35,825 nt of DNA from Reclinomonas americana ATCC 50394 (lineage: Eukaryota): positions 1 through 35,825 of the forward strand of contig PS015650.1 in the NCBI GenBank assembly GCA_048213135.1, read 5' to 3'. Position 1 is the stretch's first letter. Each line of letters opens with the position of its first letter. The notes beneath the pieces are model-generated. The model was not told the origin of the DNA and ran no database searches. It saw nothing but the letters and a program-made list of their open reading frames with translations. Positions 11,179 to 22,265 of this stretch are shown piece after piece. A program made the position numbers and the translations under genes.

Positions 11179-14100
11179 CTAGTCCGCGTCTTCCAGGTCG
11201 GCTGTGTCGTCCACCACCTCAATGTCTGGTGCGTCCTCTGACGATGATGATGATGACGATGACGAGGCCACAGAAGTAGGCGTGTCCAACGCTAATGAAG
11301 AGCCGTCGGCGGTGAGTGTCAGTGGCGCCGGTCGTGCTTCTCGTCGCTTGGTGAGAGCGTCGGCGGCGGTTTGATTGACACGCTGCTCAGCCTCGGCGTC
11401 CGTGATGCCGGCATCGTCGGTGCCCGTTAGGCTTGACCAGAAGCGCATGTTGGCCATCAAGTGCTCCAACGGGAACGCCAGCGCGGAGCGGAATTCGCCC
11501 AGTGCCTCGTACAGTGGCTTGACAATTACGTTGATGAAGCCTGTGGGGAAAGGTGAGCAAAAATCAACACATGACGAACAGCCAGCCTGCGCATCGCACT
11601 CACCAATCTGACAGTCCTTCTTGGAGGTCGTGTCGCGATCCATGAACGCGGACACCGGAAGCCCGTTCACCTTTTCCAAATCGCCCTGCTGGTAGAACTC
11701 CTCCATCACGCGGCGAGCCCAGATGCGACACATACGCTGCATGGCGGCAGCACATATGTCAGATCGCAAAACGTATCTCGGTGGAGGAAAGAAGGGCAAC
11801 GCACCAGTGGTTTCGCCGGGTTCGAGACATCGGCTGCCTTGACAAACATTTGCAGCAAGAGGAGGCGGTCCTTGCGGTCCTTGAAATTGTACGCTAATCA
11901 ACACACCCACGTCAGTACGCGTTGATGGAGGGAGCACGTGTGATGTGTGACACGCAACGATCGCCGCGGAAGCGCCCCACAAACTTGCCCACGTGATCGA
12001 AATGCTTGGCCATGTCGGTGGCCAGTACCACGGCAACAATGGTGTCGCGAATGACCCGCCGGTCGTCCGGGTGCAAGTCTCGCAAGAAATTCAAATGGTC
12101 CTGCTGCAACAACTTGAAGATCGACGAGCAGTGATGATTCTCCAGTACCTAGTACAATCGGGGACGTGAGAGCGATGCATATGCGGGGCACACGAACTCG
12201 AGACGCACGCCACCCACCGATTGGTCGTTGTAAATCGTGGCCAGCTCCGACTCTGAGCGCACATGGAACATGTTGTTGACGCCAGGATGATCGTAGTCAT
12301 GCGCCGTGCACGCAATCAGGGCCGCCAGAATCTCAATGTCGGTCATGAACCTGCGCGACGGTGATGAAGTGAGCAGAGAGAGCGAGAGAGAGAGAGCAAC
12401 AGAGAAAGTGTTTCATCTCCTCTCCATCGTCGCTAATCTCCACCCTAGCAACTCAACTCGATCAATTCCGACTTTCGTAGCAAGAAGAAGCACGTCTGCG
12501 TCATGTCGGCGGCATGATCTGCGATCGTGGATAGGGATGAGCGAACGGGAGACATCCACAATTAATCGCAACACGGAGACGCAACAGCGATTGTGGTACG
12601 GATTGTTGCGGTAGCCGTCTTCGACAGCAGCGAAAAAGTGCTGCATGCGATCGGGTTCGAGCGTCAGCTTGTTGATCAGGTTGAATTCGTGCACAATCGC
12701 CATGGCGACGTGGAACAATGGCCGATCATCTGTCCATTCGGTTAGTGAGGCAAGAAAAGATCACGGACTGGCACAGCTCGCATCATCGCACTCACCAGAC
12801 AGACGACCGAGATCAAACACATCGAATGTCCACGACGACAACTGCGGCACCAGGGGCTGCACTTTGGCGACCAGTGCAGCCGGCAATGTTCGTTGCACCG
12901 ACATGCGTCGTTGATGTACTGAGCGATGCAGCGCACGACTGCGAGGGGGGCAACGATGAGTTGGTGATCAACAAGGGGACGAGCAGGGCACGCGTCACGC
13001 ACGTGAATCGCACGGCGTTGAAGACGTCACGAATGAGCTGAATGCCGGTTCTCTTGCTCCGTCTCCGATCCGGGCGCAGTTGCACACCGGCCTCGGCGAG
13101 GTATTGTGTCACGGCATCGTCTGGAGCCATCAACTCTCTCAGCCTCTCGACATTCTTTTTGAGTGAGAAACGAGACCACCCCAACGCAACTGCGACCGAG
13201 GCGATTGGAACTGCCGACACTGGCAATGGTCGACGCCGACGGCGTGAACAGCTCATCGCGCGACAGCAGAGTCAGCAGCTCATCGATGCGTTCCCTGTCG
13301 TCCTGGTCAAACGAGTACTTGGCCGCAAACTGCTGCAGTGTGTCCATTGCTGTGTCCACTGGTAGCCGAACGGGCGACACTGAACTCAGCGGTCGCACAT
13401 GTTGCGCACGCTTGATGTGCGACGACCGCTGCGGGTAGTCTGCGGATTCGCTTGGGGTATGATTCGCACCGCCACGCACTGCACCACGCATGTGAGATGT
13501 GGGAGGTAGGGAGGGAGGGTCAGAAGGGAACGACGCAACATGCAGAGACAACGACGGCTGTGCTGGGTGCTGCTGGTGGCGCTGCTGTAGCTGACAATGG
13601 CTGCTTGGTCAGCGATTCGGCGACTGGTGGCGACGGTGACCTCGGCGGTGGAGTCTGCCGTGGTGGCGATGGTGGCGACGGACGGGAGAGAGGCGAGTCC
13701 GGCATGCGCTGGCGAGAGGAAGAAATGAGCACTCAACCAGCGTGTACGGAAAATCGATGAATCGATCAACTCACCTGCCGTGGCACACCAGCGCCGGCAG
13801 ATGGAGGCAGAGTCAGAGACTGTACCGCACCCCGCTCACTGAGGTAACAGTTGGCATCAAAGACGGCCATCATCAGTGACTTGATGCGCCGTGCCCTGGC
13901 AATAGAAACCAGGTGAGAAAGCGGACCGAACATGCACAGACGATGGCACAAAAAAAAAGGACGCAACCTACGAGCAGGCTCGTTGACAGCGACCAGCGGA
14001 AACGCAATGTAGGCCAGGCGGGGGGAAGTGAAGTTGAAAAGAACGCGCATGCAAGAGCGCTCAATCTGCAGCGCAAATTGACGGGAATGGGCAAGATGGA

Positions 14101-14855
14101 TGGCAAACGCGAGAACAAAAAAACACGAATGAGATGCACCCGCACACGGAAAGCACCACTCCTGAGCGCCGCACACATCATCTGGTACGCCTGCTCACTG
14201 CCGAGACCGGCGGCCGCCAACTCTGCCTGCGCATCGACCTGCAATCGGATGCACTCCCAGAACGTGTCCTGAAGATCACTGGCAGCCATGAACACATCGC
14301 CGCTGTCAGACCTACACACACACACACCCGCATGAGCATCAACGCACGTACTCGCCACACGCTGCTGCTGCTGCTCACCGCGATACGACAAACACATTGG
14401 AGACTCCATCGACGACACATCGTGCAAACGTCGCCGTGCGAACATACATATCCAGCGTCGACTTGGCCTCCGTGTCCCCATGCACCAGCACACTCTCAAA
14501 CGATCCACCCACACCCGCGGAAGCACCACCACCACCACTAGGCGTCGTCACGCGCACCGACAATCCTCGCGGAACCCCGGCCGAATCGCGACTGCTATTG
14601 CTCGCTGTGCTGCTCGTGCTACTGCTACTTCCACTGCTCACGCTGGCGGGAGTGGCAGTGGCGATCACTGTCGCCACTCTCGTCGATTCACCAAACGCAT
14701 CGACTCGATAACTGCCGCCGGCTTTCCTGTTTGGCGACACCACGCCCGATGAGTGTTGCCGGCTGGATGATGGCTTACACCTGCAAACGGGAAGAGTGTG
14801 TGAGAGAAAGAGACGCAGGAAGAGGGAGGCTGGGGGGGAGAGCTGCTGACCCCAT
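11179..14855 (-). CDS. Class I 3',5'-cyclic nucleotide phosphodiesterase with N-terminal MGC dual-acylation motif
   Basis: Spliced catalytic motifs are intact: [87 protein letters not shown]. There are 15 introns. The first coding exon ATGGG (14855-14851) splices to give MGCKPSS. Confidence 0.95.
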
Positions 14856-14971
14856 TCGGCGGAAAATCACAAAGGCCCCTCGAAATTGCGCTTCCAATCC
14901 GCCGCAAATTGAAGATATCAAATCGATTTTTTTGATTGTGTTTGGAGAGCTTTTCGTTTCGTCTTTCGATC
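14856..14971. promoter_or_regulatory. Putative bidirectional promoter / shared 5' region
   Basis: A comparatively AT-rich 116-nt interval lies between the divergent ATGs of the PDE and the gap-spanning gene. Confidence 0.45.
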
Positions 14972-16064
14972 ATGGAACTGTGCATCGTCGGCAAGTCTGC
15001 GGTCATTCACCAGGCACCTCCACCAGAGGCTGGTGAGTTTGTGAGCGTGTGTATGTGTGTGTCATGGCACGCGCGTGTGGAAATCACGTTTGTTTTTTTG
15101 CTTGTCTCGCACTCTTCTCTCTCTCCCCTCGTCTCTCACTTGGTGACGTCAGCACACTCTCTCTTCGTGTGCTCTGCCGCCTCTCTTGTTTAATTTTGTG
15201 CCGTCCTCTGTTTTGCCCCGAGTGAGCGAGTGATGTGGGGGTGTTCTTTGTGTTATTCCATTCAGCAAACTGCAGTGTCAGCGAGACAGATCGGACATCC
15301 GCACACGAAAACACTTTCTCTCTCTCTCTCGCCTCTCCTGTCCTCTCTCCCNNNNNNNNNNNNNNNNNNNNNNNNNNNNNNNNNNNNNNNNNNNNNNNNN
15401 NNNNNNNNNNNNNNNNNNNNNNNNNNNNNNNNNNNNNNNNNNNNNNNNNNNNNNNNNNNNNNNNNNNNNNNNNNNNNNNNNNNNNNNNNNNNNNNNNNNN
15501 NNNNNNNNNNNNNNNNNNNNNNNNNNNNNNNNNNNNNNNNNNNNNNNNNNNNNNNNNNNNNNNNNNNNNNNNNNNNNNNNNNNNNNNNNNNNNNNNNNNN
15601 NNNNNNNNNNNNNNNNNNNNNNNNNNNNNNNNNNNNNNNNNNNNNNNNNNNNNNNNNNNNNNNNNNNNNNNNNNNNNNNNNNNNNNNNNNNNNNNNNNNN
15701 NNNNNNNNNNNNNNNNNNNNNNNNNNNNNNNNNNNNNNNNNNNNNNNNNNNNNNNNNNNNNNNNNNNNNNNNNNNNNNNNNNNNNNNNNNNNNNNNNNNN
15801 NNNNNNNNNNNNNNNNNNNNNNNNNNNNNNNNNNNNNNNNNNNNNNNNNNNNNNNNNNNNNNNNNNNNNNNNNNNNNNNNNNNNNNNNNNNNNNNNNNNN
15901 NNNNNNNNNNNNNNNNNNNNNNNNNNNNNNNNNNNNNNNNNNNNNNNNNNNNNNNNNNNNNNNNNNNNNNNNNNNNNNNNNNNNNNNNNNNNNNNNNNNN
16001 NNNNNNNNNNNNTGTACAAGCAGCACTCGAGCGGTACCAGCAGCTGACCGACGACAGCCCATGA
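14972..16064 (+). CDS. Probable small gene interrupted by an assembly gap (partial)
   Basis: The first exon MELCIVGKSAVIHQAPPPEA ends in a consensus G|GTGAGT donor at 15033. After the gap an open segment VQAALERYQQLTDDSP-TGA (16062-16064) is followed by UTR-like TTG repeats. The linkage across the gap is inferred. Confidence 0.45.
15352..16012. other. Assembly gap
   Basis: Run of N. Confidence 1.
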
Positions 16065-16297
16065 TACTCGTCGCACTTGTTCGTGTCCTGTTCTTCTTCT
16101 GTTGCTGTTGTTGTTGTTGTTTGACCTTTTCCTCCCCCCTGCATCTTGTTTGGCTATATCATTAATTGATCTCCGTGTCTACTGCGCGTTCATCTGGCCC
16201 TCGGGCTCTTTCGCTCTCTTTCTCCACTCCTCCTCTTTCCCACTCATCGTCCTCTCGCGCTGCCCAAGCGCACCTCCTTTTTCCCCTTGTTCCTCTT

Positions 16298-16562
16298 GCA
16301 GTGACATGCTGCCTCTCCCCGCTCGTTTCGAGTACCGAGACGAGGTGTGGTTTGCTAGTTGGCAGGGCGAGCATGCATACAAGTGCATATCACATGCCTT
16401 GTAATGCACACAGCCGTCCGCCTGTCTTCCTGAGAGCGCGTCACTGCTCCATCTCTCCCATCCTCCACTGTTATAACTTCCCCCGCCCCCCTGTCTATGT
16501 ATATTCCGCGCCACTGCCGCACCACACGATCGTTTGAGAGGACGAGGTGCGTGGCACGTGGC
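16298..16562 (+). ncRNA. Candidate structured non-coding RNA element(s), partly H/ACA-like
   Basis: Nested inverted repeats, an ANANNA box and an ACA after a terminal hairpin sit in an otherwise pyrimidine-rich intergenic region (see findings). Confidence 0.3.
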
Positions 16563-16759
16563 CGCAGTAGGATCTCTCCCCCGCTGCACCCTCTTTTTTT
16601 CCTTTCTCTTGTCCATAGCCCCCCCCCTCTCTCCCCCCTGTGTGTATGCTCTCTTGCGCAAAAAAATGCAGCAAAGGAAGCAAGAGAGGCTCAATGAACG
16701 TCGCCCAAGTCCTTGTTATAACGACGAAACCCATACGTTTTTCCGATTTTCTTGCGTGC

Positions 16760-19311
16760 ATGTTTGACGACGACGACTCTGTCAGCGACATTCGTCGTCG
16801 CCTTCTCGCCGGTGTGCGTCGCTCACACTCAGTCACCAGCGTGACCCACTCGCCTGTGCCTCACTCACCTGCAGTTGCGCATCACAATGAGCGAGCACAC
16901 ACAAGAGAGACACTCTTTGACACAACTGTTGCACAGAATGGCGACCCGCACATTCCTCTGGGTGTGGCCGCACGCGCGTCACCTCTGCGCACACAGCTGC
17001 AACTCGACGCAGTGAGCGCGGCTGCAGAGAGAGAGGCCCGCGAACTGCGTGTCATGCGAGAAAAGGAACTGGCCTTGCGTCTCTTTCTGGAGAAGTTGCA
17101 ACGTGGTGCGTGTGTGTCTCTCTCTCTCTCTCTGTTGTGTGTGTCGCGTGCGCTGAGTGTGTGTGTGCGTGCAGACGTGGAGGAGTTGCAGAAAGAGAGT
17201 GCATCACTCAATCAAAAGCTGAGATTGCCGGCACCTGTGTATCCAAAGGTGCGATCCTGTGTGTGCGTGTATGCCGCCCTGCTCACTCTTCATTCATTCT
17301 TTCTTGTTTGTTTCCAGCTTCGTTCTGCAACGCCACCACCGCGCTGGTACGCCACCCCGTCGCAGGCGATTCTCATGACCTCCACTGTGCATCCGGGTGT
17401 CGCCTCGTGGGCCAGTTTCCGTCGTCGTGACGAGGGAGTGAGTGTGACTCCAGTGGCGATGACACCGATGCCGCCGCCGCCGGCACCAACGCCACCGCGC
17501 GCAACGCCTGTGTTGTCATCGCCGCCAGCAACGCGCTCTGAGTCGGCGAGACCACCGACACTGGAGCGACCGCCGTCTCCCTGGTCGGCGTCATCGTATC
17601 AGCAGCAGCAGCCGTTGAGTGGACGCTTGTTTGGTGGGCACGGATCGATTGTGTGGTCTCCGTCGTCGGCCAGACGCGTGTTTGGAGGTGCGGCGTCGCC
17701 TCCACCGCGGCCCACGTCGGCGTCGCCGACTCGCTCGTCGAAACCACCACTGCCGCCACCGTCGCCGGTGCCTTTGTCGTTTGCCACCAACTCGGCCGCG
17801 ACGTCGCCGGTGGCGGCTTCGATGCCGTCGCCGCAATCGGCCGGTCGCAGCAGCCGTGCCATGCCGCATCGTCGGCTGCCGTCGCCCACGCGGCGCATGA
17901 TGAGTCGGCAAGCGGAGCTACCTCGGCCCATCGCTCACCCTTCGCCACGCGAGTCAGTCGTTATCGATGCGCCTCCAGTCGCTATCGCGCCTGTGCCGTC
18001 GCCGCCGCCGGATTTGGTGGTGCAGGAGGCGGAGGAATTGGTGAAGCAAGAAGAAGGGGAAGAGGACGAGCAGCAGCAGCAACAACAACAAGTAGAGGAG
18101 GAGCGGCGGCAGCCGTCGCCTCCACCAGTGGATGCACCTGCAGCAGGCGACGATGTGAGTGTTGTGGGCGAGCCGGCAGCCGTAATGGTGTCGAGTCTGG
18201 AGCTGTCCGCGGTGCCGCACGTGGAGGATTCGTGCCCGTCTCCACTGCCGACCAGCAATCCTCTGTATCAGTTCTCACCGCCGGAGAAAACCCTTGTCGA
18301 GCACGCGGGAGTAGATTCGGAAGATGTGGACACGGCGGTCGAAGAGCACGGCAGTGACGAAGTCGGTGTGGAGGTTGCCGCCGCCGCCGCCGTCGACTCC
18401 TCGCCACTAGAGGTCGTCGCGACTGCCGAGGTGGAGGTGGTGGCGGCTGCTGAGAGCCCCCCAGTGGACGTTGCGCCGGTGGAGGAAGTGGCCGTGGCCG
18501 ACAGCCCTCCCGTTGATGTGGATGAGAAGCCGGTGCAGCAGCACGACGCAGACGAGGATCTAGCGGTGCCGCTGGTCGCTGCTTTCTCTCCCACAGAAAC
18601 CATTCACGCTGAAATTCCGCAACTGGTGAGTCTCCTTTCTTCCCGTGGTACTGACTGCATCGCTCACGATCGTCGCAGGTCGTCACTCCATCGTCGTCGC
18701 CGCCGATGGATCCGACATTTCCCTCGCCCGTCGTTCCTCGCCTTCGCATCGATAGCGCAACGCCGACGGTACCCGCGGCAGCGATTGTGGACGAAGGTCA
18801 GCAGCGATTGCCGGAACCGAAAATCCACGTGCCTCCACTGCCGCTTGCCGCCGAGAGGTTGCCGGCGGAAGCGACGGCACCGCCGCCTCCACCCGCTCCG
18901 TTGCCTCCACTGATCGCACAGGCAACGCCTGCTGCCACCACTACCGCCACCGCTGCTGCACCTGCTGACGAGCCGACGCCAGCTGTGGTGGCCTGCGTCG
19001 TCGACGACTTGTCGCCTGTCAGCGCCACTGACGACGCCGCGGAGAGCGACAGCCCGACATCCACGCACTCTCCCAGCACGCTACGCTCGGCCGTACTGGT
19101 GGGTGTCGCAGCCGCTGCCTTTGCCGAGAAGGCGTCAGCCGGGGCGCTGCAGTCGCAATTCTCAGTGCGTCGCGCCAAGGGTCCGGGCAACAGCCCGCGA
19201 CGGTCCGCCGGCTTGCGCGCCAGTCCGCGACTCTCCTCGAGTCCTGCAAGTCTCTCCGCCAGCCCCCTCAACTCCACACTGCTGAGCCAAAGCGCCCCTC
19301 CCGAGGCATAG
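16760..19311 (+). CDS. Pro/Ser/Ala/Glu-rich low-complexity protein with a short N-terminal coiled coil
   Basis: Reading: MFDDDDSVSDIRRRLLA...EREARELRVMREKELALRLFLEKLQRDVEELQKESASLNQKL, then long Pro/Ser-rich and acidic tracts. It has 4 GT-AG introns and ends ...SQSAPPEA-TAG. Confidence 0.65.
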
Positions 19312-19475
19312 CAAGAATGAAATTGCATGTCCGGACTTGGGGACTTCTCATCGTCGATATTGAGTGTGTTGAGTGCACGTGAGACCCGCACCCGTCGTGT
19401 TCACTCACACACACAGGCACCGACGCGTGTCCACGCACACAACAGCCGAGAGTGACACAGAGAGACACAGAAAAA

Positions 19476-22142
19476 ATGCCTCGACACCGCAGTCCGATGC
19501 AGCAGCAATCACCATCGCATCAACAACCAACGATCACTCATGGTATGGAGAGACGCACTCTCTCTCTCTCTCACTCACTCACACGGGCAGATACTCACAC
19601 ACATACAGTGAGCGCATTCATCGACGACGAGTACGATCAGGAGGAGGAGGAGATGGATGATGATGATTTCGATGACGATGAGTACCATCGAGGAAGAGCA
19701 GACGAAGACGAGGAGGACGAGGAGGAAGAAGAAGACGAGGGAGAAGAGTACGACTCCATGTACACACCAGGAGCAGCAGCAGCAGCAGCAGCAAATGTTG
19801 GTGGTGTTGCTTCGTCTCCTCGCCGTGGGATGCGCGTCGCCACCAGCAGCCCTCCTGTCTACAATCGCGGTGGAGGAGGAGGGATGCGTCGTGCACACGC
19901 TGTGGACTCTCCCGTGTATCCCATCGTCGACTATGATCCGCCGCCTTCGTCGCGGTCACCGCGTCGTCACCAGTCGCCACCGTTTCACGCCTCGCGACAC
20001 CGGGAGAGGGATCAGCGATTTGTGCGGCAAGCGGATCGTGTGAGTCTGTTTGACGGCCACAGTGGTGGAGAAGGCGGTGCGATGGATGGCGATGAGCTGC
20101 AGGTGGACAGGTTACCGTACACGACGCAGCTGCGCTTGGCCGAGTACATTCAGAATGGCTTCCGAGTGCCGGTGCGCCTGCTGCTGTGGGAGAGTCCTCT
20201 GTCGGGCATGATCAACTTTCAGCTGCAGGATGACATGAAAGGGTGAGGCGCCACTCCGGTGTGCTTGCATGTGGTGGCTTGTTGGCTGAGCGCAGCGACC
20301 TCTCCTTGTTGTCGTCAGGGCTCTCGAGTTGCGCGTGACGCCGACAGTGTTTGCGTTTTTCCGACCCGGCGCTCCTGGCGAAGCGGACTACGATTCGGAG
20401 GAGGAGGAGGAGTCGCCGTGTGTGCGCTGGTGCACTTGCATGTCCAACAAGAAACCGCGTCGTGTGTCACGTGCCTTTGATGTGGCGCCCGAGATTGAGG
20501 TTGGTCAGGTGGCGCTTTGTGTCTGGTGCACTGGCTAATTTCGCTCGCACAGGTCTCCTGCACATCGCGGAACGTTGTTCGCATCCACAATCCGGCTCCG
20601 TCGGAGCAGAGCACGATTCTGTTCTCCACACAGAATGGACCGCTAGTGGCGGCGGCACTGCGGGGGATTGTCGAAGTGCAGAGGTTGAGAATCCGACTCG
20701 TTGTGACCAACTTTACTTCTCTTGCTCACCTCTGTTGCGCAGAGCTCTGTATTCGGTGGCTGCCGGAGTCTCGGGCACGGCTCGACAGAGTCCAGTGGCC
20801 GGCTCCTCGTATGCACACTCGCCGGTGACACCTGTGCGGTCGCCGGATTATCGCGGTCGGCATGTGTCGTTCAGGACGCACCCTTCTCCGCCGCCGCCAC
20901 CGACTGACCATCGACGCAAAGCAGCACCCAGGAGAGGTATGTCATTTCGTACTCACTGCTCTGCGTGCATGCATACTCGCCAACTCACTCGCATCAAAAC
21001 CAATAGCGCCGCCGCCGCCGCCACCTGCACAGCCGGACGTGGACGCGATGGTCGTGGAGGATGCCGAAGAGGTGGCGTCGGATACGGCACCGGTCAAGTC
21101 AGCATCTGCGCCGGTGGTAGCAAGTGCTAAAACTGGAACGCGATCGCAAGCCACCTCTCCAATGCGCGAATCGTCACGGCGCTCGTCCGTTGGCACATCA
21201 CCTGTTGTCGCGACACGGCGAGCCTCGATCGGCACGTCTCCCATTTCGCCTACGGCGGCAGCAGCAACGCCTCCACCTCCTCCACCACCACCTCCAGTTG
21301 TAGCAGACGATGAGGCGTCGACGGCATCGTCGGCGTCGAGTACGCATTCATCGGCGTACTCGGGCTCCTATTCCTCCTCGTCTCGAACACCCACAGCCAC
21401 CTGGGGCTGGCAGCCGACGCCTCCCATGGCCGCCTACTCCATGTATCCGGGCAGCACCGAGTTCCCCATGTTCTTCCAGCCCCCCGATCGTGCGACAAGC
21501 ATGTATCTCGGCATGCCACAGTCGCCGCCGCAGGCGGCACTCAGCCGCGTGGCCGGGCCACCGCCAGCGAGCCGGCGCAACGACGATATCCTGGGTTTGT
21601 TGGCGCAGCACCGAGCGATGCAGCTGAAGTGGTCGGAGGAGCAGCTCCGGTTGCAGCAGGAGGAACTGAATCGGCTGGAGGATCTACAACAGGAGCAGAG
21701 ACTACTGGAGGAGCTGCAGCAGCAACAGCGCGTATTGCAAGCCGAGCACATGCTCCGCTTGGCTGAGCTGGAGACCTCCGAGCGCCTGCAAGCTGAACGC
21801 GAGGAGAAGGAGCGACTCGACAAGGAGCTTGCCATTAGGAGGCAGCAGGAGGAGGCCGAGACGGCGGCCGCTGTAGCAGTACTCATGCAGGACTTGATCC
21901 GCCAGCTGGAGGCGGATGAGGAGGCGAAGAGGAAAGCGGCGAAGGAAGCCGAGGCCGCGGCAGCCGCAGCAGCAAAAGGCAAGACGGGCAAGCGTGCCGG
22001 TCGCGCTGTGTCGAAACCAACCGCAGCTGCCTCAGTAGCAGCTAAACCGGCAGCACCCGGCGCCTCCTCGGCAAAGTCACCACCAGCTGCCAAGGGCGCT
22101 GGAAGAGGGGCCGGCAGTGCAGCGCGCGGCGGTCGCAAGTGA
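19476..22142 (+). CDS. Protein of unknown function: acidic N-terminus, small globular (possibly PH-like) middle, C-terminal coiled coil and Lys/Ala tail
   Basis: AAAAA-ATG start, MPRHRSP...|VSAFIDDEYDQEEEE. The globular block LPYTTQLRLAEYIQNGFRVPVRLLLW...VVRIHNPAPSEQSTILFSTQNGPLVAAALRGIVEVQR is followed by the coiled coil EEQLRLQQEELNRLEDLQQEQ. It has 5 introns and a TGA stop. Confidence 0.7.
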
Positions 22143-22265
22143 TCTCCGTGGTGCTCAGCAATGTTTAAGGAGTGTATGTGTGCGTTTTGTGAAATCGTAC
22201 TTTGTGCTCTGCAAATAAGGCGTTCATTCACACAATCTCTCCGCCGCTGGCTGCCACGGCAGCGC

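Noticed and set aside
11894-12585. Reading shifted donors as GC-AG introns starting 3 nt downstream (GTT|GCGT)
   Set aside because: This is in frame for GTTGCGT cases but cannot explain GTTGAGT, GTTACGT, GTTCCGT or GTTTCGT. It would also insert a residue into conserved motifs such as YHNxxHAAD.
16100-16700. Telomerase RNA, RNase P/MRP or hammerhead ribozyme as identity of the structured region
   Set aside because: No CCCTAA-type template, no recognisable CR-I/CR-V motifs and no CTGANGA core were seen.
19300-19480. Genes at 16760-19311 and 19476-22142 being one gene via an intron over the TAG
   Set aside because: No convincing donor in a compatible phase precedes the stop, and the downstream ATG has its own A-rich context. 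Not formally excluded without transcripts.
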